Positions 1-10,699 are shown, counted from the stretch's first letter. The stretch: 64,000 bases of DNA from an uncultured delta proteobacterium (GCA_963793865.1 CAWCBP010000012.1:96001-160000); one strand, 5' to 3'. Notes: generated by a model from the sequence alone, not told the origin. A program made the numbers and translations.

Positions 1-16
1 CGGACGTGCGGCCAGG

Positions 17-1378
17 TCAAGAGCCCTCCTGTAAATCTCCCAGAAAGGCGTCTATAAATCTCCCCGCGGTCTCCTGCGGAAAGTACGAATCCAGGGTACC
101 CAGATTAAATATCATCCGGTTATTGTAGGTATAGAGCAGCAGCATCGGCCAGCCCGCCACGGCGGGAATCCCGTATATGCCGCTGATGCGGGCGTTCCCC
201 ATGCAGTGAAACCCCTCTTCGTCGGTATGGGAGGGGTTGGGGGAGAGGACACCCATGTTGCTGAGCACCACCGTGGGCGCGTAACCCGAGGCGGTGCGTC
301 TCAGCAGGTTTATTCTCATACCTATGGTGAGGGGTTTGAGGAGGGCTGAAAAACGTATGATGGTCCGTGCCACGTTGCCGTCCGCCAGCGCGGTTATCTC
401 CTTCCTGATGAGCGGAAGCATGGCTTCCCGGCCGGTTATGTGGTCGGGTTTTAAAGAAATGAAGGCCCCGGAGAGGACATTGGACAGGGTGCGGTCACCG
501 GGCGCGCGGAAGCTCATGGGGACGTTTATGTAAATGCGGTCAGATGGGGCTGTCCATTCGCGGCACCACTTTTTAAGCGTCCCGAACATGGTTGCCAGGA
601 GATAATCATTGACGGTGGAGCCGTGTTGCTTGGCGGTGGACCTGATCCTTGCCAGGTGCTGAGGATGCATGTGCCTGACGGTGGCGACAAATTTCCCCGT
701 GATACCTTTCGATTCGCCCGGGAAGGCGTTCAAAGCCGGCTGCCGGAAGGTGAGGAAGAAGTTCCGAACGAAGGGTCGGAGATTGCGGGGGGAGAGATCA
801 CTCCACCCCAGCCTGATATCGGGCAGCGAAATATCTTCGAAGTCGGCGGCAGGTTCGTGTGCTGCTTCCCGCCCGTTCAGGATGTCTTCGTAGTCACGGA
901 TGAACTGCTGGATGAAAATGAAGCCCCCCAGCCCGTCGGCCGCGGCATGGTGCATGATGAAAAACAGAAAAGCGCCCCCGGGCTGCCTGATGAGCAGTAC
1001 CTTCAGAGGGATGTGGGAAGAGAGGTCAATGGAAAGGGCAGCGTGATTGTCCGCGTAATAGCTGATGGCCTCCTCAACGGTGGCATAAGGATTTGGTTCC
1101 CCGATCTCCCGGAGGATATCCCCGCCTTCACAATCGGTAAGCCTCCAGCAGTGTCTGAACCAGTGCTTGTACGACGGGTAGCGGTCCGTCAGCACGCAGC
1201 GGCTCTTGGGGTAGTAGCGCAAGGTCCTGTCCAGGGCCTTGCGGGTAATTTCCGTGCTAACCTCTCCCTCCAGCGTGAGAATCCAGGCGTAGTTGAGAAC
1301 AAGGCCGGGGTGGCCCTTGTCCACGCAATGGGTGATTTCGTCGACGATGCTTGCCGGGAACAGCCTCCTTTCATCCAT
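17..1378 (-). CDS. Condensation-domain/WS-DGAT-like CoA-dependent acyltransferase
   Basis: HHxxxDG motif (MHHAAADG), 'TVNDYLLA' and 'LSNMG' segments typical of the fold. Start placed at MDERRLF, overlapping the upstream stop. Paralog of 3524-4885. Confidence 0.75.
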   Translation of the reverse strand: MDERRLFPASIVDEITHCVDKGHPGLVLNYAWILTLEGEVSTEITRKALDRTLRYYPKSRCVLTDRYPSYKHWFRHCWRLTDCEGGDILREIGEPNPYATVEEAISYYADNHAALSIDLSSHIPLKVLLIRQPGGAFLFFIMHHAAADGLGGFIFIQQFIRDYEDILNGREAAHEPAADFEDISLPDIRLGWSDLSPRNLRPFVRNFFLTFRQPALNAFPGESKGITGKFVATVRHMHPQHLARIRSTAKQHGSTVNDYLLATMFGTLKKWCREWTAPSDRIYINVPMSFRAPGDRTLSNVLSGAFISLKPDHITGREAMLPLIRKEITALADGNVARTIIRFSALLKPLTIGMRINLLRRTASGYAPTVVLSNMGVLSPNPSHTDEEGFHCMGNARISGIYGIPAVAGWPMLLLYTYNNRMIFNLGTLDSYFPQETAGRFIDAFLGDLQEGS

Positions 1379-1781
1379 TGTGTCCGGACCCTTCCTGGGC
1401 AATTCTTTTGATGCTCTCAATAATCTCGCTGTCAGTGGCGGAGGGACAGAAGGCGTCCGCGGCGCCCATCGCCCTCAGCTTGCTGGCATCATCCACCGTG
1501 ATCACCGAGCCGCCGACGATGATGGGAATGCTGAGGTCCCTCTCTTTCATCATTTCTATCATCTCGGGAACATAGTAGAGAAAGTCCCAGGAGTGGAAGC
1601 TCAGGCCGATGAGGTCAACATCTTCCTGGAGGGCCGCCTGGATGATCATCTCGGACGAGTTAAAGCGGCCCATGTACACCACCTCCATGCCGGCGTCCCG
1701 CAGCAGCCGGGAAACACCGATTGCCCCCGCTTCGTGCTGATCGATGCCCATCATGCCGATAAGTACCCTGATTTTTTTCAT
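1371..1781 (-). CDS. Acyl-CoA mutase small subunit (cobalamin-binding domain)
   Basis: DxHxxG motif (DQHEAG), 'DVDLIGLS' and 'IIVGG'. AAGGA RBS precedes MKKIRV. Confidence 0.9.
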   Translation of the reverse strand: MKKIRVLIGMMGIDQHEAGAIGVSRLLRDAGMEVVYMGRFNSSEMIIQAALQEDVDLIGLSFHSWDFLYYVPEMIEMMKERDLSIPIIVGGSVITVDDASKLRAMGAADAFCPSATDSEIIESIKRIAQEGSGHNG

Positions 1782-1792
1782 AGCAGGTCCTT

Positions 1793-3388
1793 TCAAAAGG
1801 GAGGTGACATCTTGCCGTAGGGATCATAGGGGCAATCATATGCCGTGCGCAGCGCTCCGGTTATCTCCCCGCAGGTAGCCCCTTTCTCAAAGGCATCCAG
1901 AATGGAGTCCATCAGGTTGTCAGACGTCTCCTTCGCCGTATGCCTGACCGCCAGCAGCACCTCTTTGATTTTGGCCTGGTCCCGTCGCTCTTTGTAACGC
2001 TTGATCCGCTCCACGTGCCAGATGTAGGGCTGTATTTTTGCCTCGGCGACATCCCGGAGCATGGTGTCTTCATCTTCCGGCATCTGGTGAATGTTGGTGC
2101 CCACCTTGATGCGCTGCCTGCTTTCAATGTCCTTGTGGTAGCGCTCCATGGAATCCTCAAAAAACTTCTTGAACCAGCCCTTGGTGGAAAGGTCCGCGGG
2201 GTCGCCCAGGGCCTCGATCTTTCGTATGCTGTCCTGGATTTTCCGTTCCATCTCGTTGGTCAGCGATTCAACCAGGTAGGACCCCCCGAGGGGATCGTGG
2301 ACCTTGCCGATGCCGCTCTCCAGGTCGATGACCTGCTGGGTTCGGAGCGAAACCAGGTGCGACTCGGGGCTGGGGGTGCGGAAAGGCTCGTCAAAGGCCG
2401 ATATTTCCACGGCCTGGATGCCCGACATCACCAGCGCCATGCACTGGATCGCGCCCCGCACAATGTTATTAAAGGGCTGCTGGGCGGTCAGCGCTATGCC
2501 GGAGGTGTGACAGGTCATGGTGAGGGACTGGGAGCGCGGGTTCTTTGCCCCGAACTCGTCGCGCATCATCCGGGCAAAAATCCTGCGGGTGGCCCGGATC
2601 TTGGCGATTTCCTCGAAGAAGTCCATGCGGCAGTTGACCAGCACCACGATGTGCCGGGCGATGTTGTCTATGTCCAGCCCCCGCTTGAGGAGATGACTGA
2701 TGGTGTGGCGCATCTCAACAAACCCGAAGGCCATTTCCTCATCCGCGGTCAGGCCGGTCTCGCTGAAGAAATAGGTGTTCTCGAGGAAGGAGTGGAACTT
2801 GGGCATCTTCTTCAGGCAGAACTCTATGCTGTCCAGGGTGAGACGCAGCCGCAGGGGAAAGGGCAGGTGTGCGGTATAGCCGCACTCTTCAAAGAAAAAT
2901 GGCGACTGGATCACTGAGCCGCGGAGCCTGGTGGTGTCGAACCCGCTTTTCCCGGCAGTCAGGTAGAGTCCCGCGAGGGTAAATATACTGGGTATGGAGC
3001 TGGAGATGGCTATGGATTCCAGGGGAATACCTTTAAACAGCTCCTGATAATCGTACAGGCAGCATAGTGAGACACCCTGCGTGCCCACCGTGGGGACGGA
3101 AAAGGGATGGTCCGGGTCCAGGCAGATCATGGTGGGTGTATCGCCAATGACGTCAATCCCCGTCTGTCCTTGCTGAATTAGATATTTAAATTGTTCGTTG
3201 GATCGTGAGGCATCACCTTCGCCGGAAAGGCCCCTCTGAACCCAGCTGCCTTTGGCGCCTGACATTCTTCCCCGGGTGTAAGGGAATGCACCGGGGTCGT
3301 TCAGCTCCTCCCGGTAGTTAAAATCCTTTAAATCGTCGGGGGTATAAACAGGCTTTAAGGGAATTGTGGGCTGCATGTTATGTTTCAT
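1793..3388 (-). CDS. Methylmalonyl-CoA mutase family large (substrate-binding) subunit, atypical specificity residues
   Basis: PGAFPYTRG, FFEEIAKIRATRR, HTSGIALTAQQPFNNIVR and DPLGGSY motifs. Confidence 0.9.
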   Translation of the reverse strand: MKHNMQPTIPLKPVYTPDDLKDFNYREELNDPGAFPYTRGRMSGAKGSWVQRGLSGEGDASRSNEQFKYLIQQGQTGIDVIGDTPTMICLDPDHPFSVPTVGTQGVSLCCLYDYQELFKGIPLESIAISSSIPSIFTLAGLYLTAGKSGFDTTRLRGSVIQSPFFFEECGYTAHLPFPLRLRLTLDSIEFCLKKMPKFHSFLENTYFFSETGLTADEEMAFGFVEMRHTISHLLKRGLDIDNIARHIVVLVNCRMDFFEEIAKIRATRRIFARMMRDEFGAKNPRSQSLTMTCHTSGIALTAQQPFNNIVRGAIQCMALVMSGIQAVEISAFDEPFRTPSPESHLVSLRTQQVIDLESGIGKVHDPLGGSYLVESLTNEMERKIQDSIRKIEALGDPADLSTKGWFKKFFEDSMERYHKDIESRQRIKVGTNIHQMPEDEDTMLRDVAEAKIQPYIWHVERIKRYKERRDQAKIKEVLLAVRHTAKETSDNLMDSILDAFEKGATCGEITGALRTAYDCPYDPYGKMSPPF

Positions 3389-3523
3389 GGCTTTTCTCCG
3401 TGCATGAGAAAATTAATCTCGCTTTGTTAGATCCAACATTGGGATTGCTTCGTCGCCCCGCCAAAGGCTCCTCGCAACGACCCGCTTGTTTTTTTTGCAT
3501 AAGGTTGTTCGTTGGGCATGACA

Positions 3524-4885
3524 CTAGCCTGACTCCCCGAACAGATCCCTGATGTAGGCGTCCAGGAACTCATCGGCGGTTTCGAGCGGAAAGCGGGAAT
3601 GGAGCACCGAGAGGCTCACCTCCATTCTGTTGTTATGCGTGTGTATGAGAACCTGCGGCCAGGGTATGGCGGCCGTCACCACGTTTGATCCGACGATCCT
3701 GGCAGGTCCCACATGCTGAAATCCCTCCTCGTCTCGGTGAGCGGGGTTGTAATCACAAATCCCTATGTTGCTCAGGCAGAGGGAGGGATACAGGGCATGG
3801 GAGTGATTTTTAAAAATCATTTCCTGCAGCGCCAGGGGCGTGAACTTTAAAATCCAGGTCATGGCCAGGTCTATCCTGGCGGCATCGTTTTCATTCAGAT
3901 ACGTCCGCTGCGCCCGCACCTGGTCAAGCAGCCGGTCGGTGTTGTCTATGGCCTCCGGATCCGGGGAAATGGTGATGCCGCCGAGCTTGTTGCTGGCGGT
4001 GAAGTCTTCGGGGGGCCTGGTGCTTACGGGAACGTTGATGTAAAAACGACCGGGCCGGCCGCCCCGCCGCGCGTTCCATCCTTTCATGGTTTTAAACATG
4101 ATCGCCAGCATGTAATCATTAATGGTGGCCTGGCGCTTTTTGGCGATGGATTTGAGCAGGCTGAACTGATCGGGGGAGAGCACCCGGGCAACCAGCATCA
4201 GACCCTTGCCGGGTCCCGCGCCTCCACGGTGATGCACCTCGGCGGCGGGCTGGCGAAGGAAGAGCCGGCATTTTTTCACAAAGATGTCCACATGCCTGAG
4301 CGTGCAGTCCTTCCACGGGGGCCTGATCACCGGCTGGGGGATGGATTCAAAATCCGGGACAGCCTTCTCTCCCGCCCGCTGATAGTACAGATCCTCGTAG
4401 AACTGAATGAATCTTCTGATGACGCCGACCAGCCCCCTCCCGTCCGAGAGGATGTGGTTGTGAAAGAAGATGAGGATAACCTCCCGCGGCTTTCTGATGA
4501 GCACTATCTTCAAGGGGGTATCCCGGGTGACGTCAATGCAGTTGGCGGGGTACAGCTCCCTGAACCAGGCAACCCCGTCTTTTTCCGCGCCCGCGCCCGA
4601 TGCGGTGATCTCCTGAAAGACGGTTTCGGGATCAACAGTGTCCCGGTAGCGCCAGCAGTAGCGGAACCAGCGCTTGAAAGAGGGATAGTCTTTGACCAGG
4701 ACACATTTGTACTTGGGGTAGCATTCAAAGGTGGAGAGAAGCGCCTGCCTGACGATTGCCGAATCCACCTCACCCTCCAGGGTGAGGATCCACCCGTTGG
4801 TGACGGTGGTGTTGCCCGCACCCTCCATAAAGTAGGCGGTTTCGTCTATAATGCTGGCAGGAAAGAATTGCTGATTATTTTCCAT
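3524..4885 (-). CDS. Condensation-domain/WS-DGAT-like acyltransferase (second paralog)
   Basis: HNHILSDG motif, 'ATINDYMLA'. The N-terminus FPASI.DE...WILTLEGEV is shared with 17-1378. Confidence 0.75.
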   Translation of the reverse strand: MENNQQFFPASIIDETAYFMEGAGNTTVTNGWILTLEGEVDSAIVRQALLSTFECYPKYKCVLVKDYPSFKRWFRYCWRYRDTVDPETVFQEITASGAGAEKDGVAWFRELYPANCIDVTRDTPLKIVLIRKPREVILIFFHNHILSDGRGLVGVIRRFIQFYEDLYYQRAGEKAVPDFESIPQPVIRPPWKDCTLRHVDIFVKKCRLFLRQPAAEVHHRGGAGPGKGLMLVARVLSPDQFSLLKSIAKKRQATINDYMLAIMFKTMKGWNARRGGRPGRFYINVPVSTRPPEDFTASNKLGGITISPDPEAIDNTDRLLDQVRAQRTYLNENDAARIDLAMTWILKFTPLALQEMIFKNHSHALYPSLCLSNIGICDYNPAHRDEEGFQHVGPARIVGSNVVTAAIPWPQVLIHTHNNRMEVSLSVLHSRFPLETADEFLDAYIRDLFGESG

Positions 4886-4924
4886 TGGTTATTTGGCTCA
4901 GGATGAATGCCTTAGCGCTTCAAA

Positions 4925-4994
4925 TTGTCATTTCGAAGGAGCATGAGCGACTGAGAAATCTTATAAGATTTCTCACATTCGTTCGAAATGACAA
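4925..4994. repeat. Palindromic intergenic repeat (TGTCATT...AATGACA family)
   Basis: Outer arms ttgtcatttcgaa/ttcgaaatgacaa and inner arms tgagaaatctta/taagatttctca. Partial relatives near 12160, 26780-26805 and 44119-44148. Confidence 0.75.
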
Positions 4995-5006
4995 CGGTAT
5001 CTCTGC

Positions 5007-6002
5007 TCATCCCCAGTATCCGTTTTCCCTGTACCACGCAACCGTGCGCCGGATGGTTTCCCGCAAGAGGGTCTGGGGAAGACCCAGCTCGTTGATTGCT
5101 TTTGTCGAGTCCATCTTTTTAAAGAGGTGCAGCACCTGGAGGGCGCCCGGGGGAAGCAGCGGGGCCCGGTGGGTTATGCGGTCGGCCACTAAAAGCGAGA
5201 CGTTCGCGTATGCCATCGCCGCGGCATAGGGAATCCTCAACCGGGGGGAAGCGACTCCGGCGATCTCGCCGATGAGCGAAAATAGGTCTTTTAATGATAT
5301 GTTGTTTCCATTGTTTCCCAGGTTGTAGCTCTCCCCGACCCTTCCCTTTTCCATGGCCAGCAGGTGACCCGCGGCGACGTCATTGATGTCCACCAGGTTG
5401 ATGCCGCCTTCGAGATAAAAAAGATATCTGCCGTGCAGGACATCAAGCACCATTTGCCCGGAAGGCGTGGGATAGAAATCGCGCTCACCCAGAACCAGCG
5501 ACGGCCGGACCACCACCAGGGGAAGTCCCTGCGTTACCAGCGCCCGGGCAGCCTCTTCCGATTCGTACTTGGATACCTCGTAAGGAAGTTTAGTGCCCCA
5601 GAGGTTGAAGCGCACGCTCTCGTCTGATGGTTTTCCGCTGTCGGTTACACCCAGGGCGGCAACGGAGCTGGTGAGGACCACCTTTTCCACCCCCTGCCGG
5701 AGGGCCTCCCTCATGACAATCCGCGTGCCTTCCACATTGACCCGGTGCAATTCGCTTTCATCGCGCAGCCACACCCTGTAAAGGCCGGCGGTGTGATAGA
5801 GCCTCCCGCAGCCCTCAAGCGCTCTTCGCACGGCATGCTCATCCCGCACGTCGGCATGGACCTTTTCAACCGGAAGACCGTCAATGTTCCGGGTGTCGCT
5901 TCCCTGCCGGACGGTGACCCGCACCGCATCTCCGCGCTCAACCAGTTTCGCTGCCAGGGCTGAGCCTACAAAACCGTTCCCGCCGGTTATAACTGTTTTC
6001 AT
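5007..6002 (-). CDS. NAD-dependent epimerase/dehydratase (HpnA/dihydroflavonol-reductase-like extended SDR)
   Basis: TGGNGFVG Rossmann motif, TSS and YEVSK (YxxxK). Confidence 0.88.
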   Translation of the reverse strand: MKTVITGGNGFVGSALAAKLVERGDAVRVTVRQGSDTRNIDGLPVEKVHADVRDEHAVRRALEGCGRLYHTAGLYRVWLRDESELHRVNVEGTRIVMREALRQGVEKVVLTSSVAALGVTDSGKPSDESVRFNLWGTKLPYEVSKYESEEAARALVTQGLPLVVVRPSLVLGERDFYPTPSGQMVLDVLHGRYLFYLEGGINLVDINDVAAGHLLAMEKGRVGESYNLGNNGNNISLKDLFSLIGEIAGVASPRLRIPYAAAMAYANVSLLVADRITHRAPLLPPGALQVLHLFKKMDSTKAINELGLPQTLLRETIRRTVAWYRENGYWG

Positions 6003-6103
6003 GGATGATGTCCCATGTCGCTAAAGAGGAGGTGCTCTCAGGATAAGCGCTGCGCGTGGTGCGGAAATGATGACGAGCTGTTCACTCCTGAATGGTTGCC
6101 GGC

Positions 6104-7801
6104 CTAATCAATATAGCCAAGGTTGCGCAAGCGTTCCATAACCGTCTTCTCTTCTTCGGGAGACATTGCGCTCTGCGCCTCTTCCGCGTCCTTTACCGCC
6201 TGGACGAATTCCACCGGGCGCTGCCGCAGAAAGGCTTCCTCAAAAATATCTTCCAGTACCCTGCCGTCCATGTCGTTCGGCACCTTGCATCCCATCAGGT
6301 GCAGCGCCGTCGGCGCAACGTCCATGATGGTTGCCCCGCTTACTTTTGCCCCTTTTTTGATCTCCCTGCCTTTGGCCATGAAAATGCCGTCCATGGTGTG
6401 GGCGCCGCGCTGGCCGGCAAAGCTGACAAAAGGCGTGTTGGATCCGAAGGGCACGAGGCTGCCTGACTGATAGAAGCCGGTTTGAGGCAGGTAGATGATG
6501 TCCGGCGCATTACTGATGTATGGGCCCCGGTATGCCTCCTGCCCGGTATACACCAGTCCCTCGATGTGCATGCCTTCCTCGGGGTCGTGGAGATTTTTCA
6601 GTTTTTGGACGATCTCCGTGAGCAGCTGATTGTACTCTGAGCCCGGGGCCACGATCCCCTGTGGTTCCCGTCCCTTGAGATTGATGATAATCTGCCCTAT
6701 GACGCTGGTTTTCGCGTAGGCCTTTGTTTTTGTCCAATCAATGTCATTCAATGACAGAAGGGGGCTCTGATTAAACATTGTGTTCCATTGCTTTAAAAAC
6801 TCGCTGGGGGAACCCGTTTTAGGTTTTATTCCCAACCGTAATAGTTTTTCACAGACGGCATATATATTCTGGTAGGTGACGCCGCACTTCCAGAGGAGAT
6901 AGCGCGCCCGTGAAGCAAAGGACTTCTTTAAGGTAATATATCCCTCCTGCAGCAGCCAGGTGTTGAGATCAATTGACCTGTTCACCGGGCCAAGGCCGTG
7001 GTCGGACATGATAAAGACGCTGCAGTCGGGGCCGGCCAGCTGCAGCGTCTTCCCGATCTGCTCATCGACACGCTGGTAAAAGTCGAGCACCTTACCGTAG
7101 AATTTCTGCTCCAGCTCTTTTGTATGCCCGGGGTGTGATGGGTCAATGACATTCCAGAGCCAGTGCTGCATCCTGTCAGTCCCCAGTTCGTGGAACACGA
7201 CAACATCATAGCTGTCTTTTTCCATCAGGTAGTGGGCCACCCTGAACTTGTATTCCGACATTTTCACGCAGTCGTCGATGAAGTCGTCCGCGTTTTTGTC
7301 AGAGTAGGGAACCGTAAAATCAGAGACCCTGGGATAGAGGTAGTAGGGGCCGAACCGGTCCTCCACCTCGTTGAGGAGCTGGGGGGGATAGGTAAAGTCC
7401 CTCTTTTCCGCCTGGCTCAGGAAGTCACAGATCATGATGCCGTTTACCTTTTGCGGGGGGTAAGTCATGGGCACGTTGAGGACCGCCACCTTTTTGTTGT
7501 CCTCCGCCAGATAGTCCCAGAGGGTTTTGCTTTTGCAGAAGGTTGAGTTGACGGCGATCTCCTGGTAGCTGTTCTCCCTTTTGATAAGGAACTCAAAAAT
7601 ACCGTGTTTGCCCGGGTTCTTCCCGGTGTAAAAGGAGGTCCATGCCGGCGCGGTGATGGGGGGAAGGATGGTGCGCAGGGGGCCGGAGACCCCTTCGTCA
7701 TAGATTTTCCCCAGGTTGGGCAGCAACCCCTTTTGCATCCAGGGAAGGAGTATGTCAAAGGTGCCGCCGTCTAAACCCAGGATGAGAAGCCTGCTGTTCA
7801 T
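6104..7801 (-). CDS. Alkaline phosphatase superfamily protein (nucleotide pyrophosphatase/phosphodiesterase-like)
   Basis: GLDG, PPITAPAWTSFYTGKNPGKHG, MSDHG and C-terminal RLRNLGYI. Confidence 0.85.
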   Translation of the reverse strand: MNSRLLILGLDGGTFDILLPWMQKGLLPNLGKIYDEGVSGPLRTILPPITAPAWTSFYTGKNPGKHGIFEFLIKRENSYQEIAVNSTFCKSKTLWDYLAEDNKKVAVLNVPMTYPPQKVNGIMICDFLSQAEKRDFTYPPQLLNEVEDRFGPYYLYPRVSDFTVPYSDKNADDFIDDCVKMSEYKFRVAHYLMEKDSYDVVVFHELGTDRMQHWLWNVIDPSHPGHTKELEQKFYGKVLDFYQRVDEQIGKTLQLAGPDCSVFIMSDHGLGPVNRSIDLNTWLLQEGYITLKKSFASRARYLLWKCGVTYQNIYAVCEKLLRLGIKPKTGSPSEFLKQWNTMFNQSPLLSLNDIDWTKTKAYAKTSVIGQIIINLKGREPQGIVAPGSEYNQLLTEIVQKLKNLHDPEEGMHIEGLVYTGQEAYRGPYISNAPDIIYLPQTGFYQSGSLVPFGSNTPFVSFAGQRGAHTMDGIFMAKGREIKKGAKVSGATIMDVAPTALHLMGCKVPNDMDGRVLEDIFEEAFLRQRPVEFVQAVKDAEEAQSAMSPEEEKTVMERLRNLGYID

Positions 7802-7923
7802 GGTGCTTAAGATTTCCTTTCCGCCGCTTCAGCGCTCAGGGGGCAATCCGGTAAAAATTTGGACACCGGAACGCCGGGGAGAGATTCACTTGTATGGGGG
7901 ATGGGCGCATGGAAGCTGATCCC

Positions 7924-9674
7924 TTATTCGTTTTGTAACGGCACGATGGCATCAAAGTGCTTCAGGGTGGAGTTCTCGCCGCTCAGAATCTGCCGGCAGC
8001 GCATCTTTGCCGCGGGGAGCATCGCGGAAATAAACCGCCGGGCGATGATCTTTTTTCGGGCGCAATGAGGCGACTGCCTGAGAAAGAGATAGCCGATGAG
8101 AATGGAGACGGCCATGTCCACCAGGTGGCGGGCGCAGAGATCGGTATACCGGCTGTCCTTTTTCTCCCCGAGGTATTTTACCGCCTGGGCGAGAAGAGAT
8201 CTGGCCTGGCCAAGCTTCCCGGAGAGCGCTTTGTTTCCGGCGCCGGCACACTCCTGCGAGAGGTCATCCAGGTAGCGATCCAGCGCGCCGCTGACGATGC
8301 TTCTCGACGCCGCGGCCACCTGCAGCTGGGAGGTGCCCTCGTAGATGGTGGTGATGCGCGCGTCCCTGAAGTAGCGCTCCACGGGGTAGTCCTTCATGTA
8401 GCCGCTTCCCCCCAGGACCTGGATGGCATCGGATGTTACCTGAACGCTCATCTCGGTGCTGTAATATTTGGCCAGCGGGGTGAGGAGCAGCACCAGGCGC
8501 TCGTATTTTTTTGCGTCTTTTTTAAGCTCTTTTAAGGGCGGGGCACTGCCCTGGTCCGCTTTTTCCGAAAGAGATTCAATGCTCTTCAGGGTCCCCGCGG
8601 CGGTGTCCATGGCGATTGCCGCCTCATAGGTGAGGGCCCGGGCCGCCTCGATCCGGACCTGCATATCAGCAAGCATGTCGGCAACCGCGGGGATGGTCTC
8701 GATGCGCCTTCCGTACTGCTGCCGGGCGTGGGCGAAGCCGCGGGCCTCCTGCAGCGCCGCCTGGGCGATGCCGATGGACTGGGCGGCGGTGCCGATGCGC
8801 GCGCCGTTGAGCAGCGCCAGGACGTAGGTTACCAGCCCGCGCTTCCGCTCGCCGATGAGCTGCGCGGGAACACCGTCGAACTGCAGCTCGCAGGTGGGCG
8901 AACCATGGATGCCCAGCTTCTCCTCGATGCGCCTCACCGTGATGCCGTCTTTCGCCTCGCAGAGGTACAGGCTTAAGCCCAGGCCTCCCTCCTCGTCAAA
9001 ATCAGAGCGCGCCAGCACCAGTACCACGTCGGCGTTGCCGTTGGTGATGAACCGCTTCACGCCGCGTGAGCCGCCAGGTGCCATTCTCATCCTGGACGGC
9101 CTTGAGCTTCACGTTCTGCAAATCGCTTCCCGCCTCGGCCTCGGTGAGGGCCATGGCGCCGGTCACCTCTCCCCGGCAGAAGAGGGGCAGGTACTTGTTT
9201 TTCAGCTCCTCGTCGGCAAAGGCATGGATGATTTCAGCGACACCCTGGAGCCCGAACAGGTTTTGCAGGCTGGCGTCGGCGCGGGCGACGATTTCCTGGG
9301 CCATGGTGAAGATGATCGCGGGAAAGTTGAGGCCGCCGTAGCGCCGGGGCAGGGTCATGCCCATCAGGTCCGCTTTGGCGAAGGCCGTCAAGTGAATCGC
9401 CGGTACCGGGCGCGTAGGTAACACTATGTCCATCAAAGGAAGACCCGGCAAGGTCGACCCCTTCGCCGCGGGGGGCGCTCCGCTCCGCCGCGATTTCACC
9501 CAGCACCGAGAGCACCCGCCGGTAGCTGTCCACCGCATCGGCTGCGTCCGCCGGGGCATAATCATAGCGCGAGGCGTCGATGAAACCCGGTTCATAGAGA
9601 TTCACGATCTTCGGCCAGTCGAAGTGACTGAAAAAAAACTGGATGTCCGCGTTGTCCTGGAAGAAGTTTTTCAC
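7924..9674 (-). CDS. Acyl-CoA dehydrogenase, split by two apparent +1 indels (~9385 and ~9065)
   Basis: Three overlapping ORFs join into one ACAD: MALTEAEAGSDL, G(V)KRFITNG, KLGIHGSPTCEL, YFRDARITTIYEGTSQ. GTG start overlaps the etfA stop. Confidence 0.85.
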
Positions 9675-10699
9675 CGTGTGCCCCCGCCGCTTTTTGATTT
9701 GTAAGCCCTGATCATTTTGGGAAGCACCTCTTTAAGGTCGCCCACGATGCCGTAGTGGGCGACGCTGAAGATGGGGGCCTCGGGATCGGTGTTGACGGCA
9801 ACTATTTTCCGCGCCTCCGACATGCCGGCGCGATGCTGGACAGCCCCGGAAATGCCGCAAGCGATATAGAGGCGGGGGCGGACGGTTGTTCCCGTCTGGC
9901 CCACCTGGTGGTCGCGATGAATGAAGCCGGCATCGACTGCCGCCCGGGTTGCCCCCACCGACGCGCCCAGGCAGGAAGCCAGGCTGAAGATGAGCTTGAA
10001 GTTTTCCGCGTTGCCCACACCGGCGCCGCCGGCCACAATGACGCTGGAGGATTTCAGATTGACGGTCTTTTCCACCCGGGTGCGCTCCAGGATGGTAACC
10101 GCACCGTCCCGCGTGTCCGGGGTGTGTTCGATGTTCACCACCTCTCCCGACCGCTGCGCATCAGTCGTCAGCACCCGCATCACCCCTTCCCTGACGGTTG
10201 CCATCTGGGGCCGGGTGCGAGGGTTGACAATGGTGGCGATGATGTTGCCCCCGAAGGCGGGGCGGATCTGCATCAGGATGTTTTTATAGCGCTCCTTGCT
10301 TACCGGGTCGGTGTACTGATCGATGGCCAGATCGGTGCAGTCGGCGGTGATGCCCACCTTGAGCTGGGAGGCCACGCGCGGGGCGAGGTCGCGGCCCAGG
10401 GCGGTCGCGCCCAGGATAAAGACCGCCGGTTCGAAGCGGTTGACCAGGTCAACCAGCGTGCGGGTATAGGGAAGGGTGGTGTAGGCATCAAGCTCCGGGT
10501 GCTGCGCCAGGTAGACGGTGTCTGCTCCGTGGGCGATGAGGGAAGGCGCGAGCTCGGCTACCCGGTTTCCCAGCAGCACCGCGGCCAGGCCGACATTAAG
10601 CTTGTCAGCAAGTTCCCTGCCCTTGCCCAGCAGCTCAAGGGTTATCTCTGCTATGCTGTTCTGTTCCCGCTGGGCAAAAACCCAGACTTCGTTTTTCAT
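9671..10699 (-). CDS. etfA: Electron transfer flavoprotein alpha subunit
   Basis: GRDLAPR, TADCT, RPAFGGN, QVGQTG and GISGAVQH. Confidence 0.95.
   Translation of the reverse strand: MKNEVWVFAQREQNSIAEITLELLGKGRELADKLNVGLAAVLLGNRVAELAPSLIAHGADTVYLAQHPELDAYTTLPYTRTLVDLVNRFEPAVFILGATALGRDLAPRVASQLKVGITADCTDLAIDQYTDPVSKERYKNILMQIRPAFGGNIIATIVNPRTRPQMATVREGVMRVLTTDAQRSGEVVNIEHTPDTRDGAVTILERTRVEKTVNLKSSSVIVAGGAGVGNAENFKLIFSLASCLGASVGATRAAVDAGFIHRDHQVGQTGTTVRPRLYIACGISGAVQHRAGMSEARKIVAVNTDPEAPIFSVAHYGIVGDLKEVLPKMIRAYKSKSGGGTR

Noticed and set aside
1940..2917. Long antisense ORFs (also 623-1411, 9755-10702, 16359-17342, 45695-46921)
   Set aside because: They are shadows of well-supported genes on the opposite strand, as expected in GC-rich coding DNA, with no recognisable motifs.
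3389..3523. Cobalamin riboswitch upstream of the mutase
   Set aside because: No B12-box or GGGAA core is recognisable. The region looks like a REP-like palindrome remnant.
5007..6002. Hopanoid biosynthesis cluster (HpnA-like gene)
   Set aside because: No squalene-hopene cyclase or other hpn genes are in the window; the resemblance is family-level only.
9002..9674. Programmed ribosomal frameshifting in the ACAD and other split genes
   Set aside because: No slippery heptamers at the junctions, mixed +1 and -1 events, and many unrelated genes affected. Sequencing error is more parsimonious.
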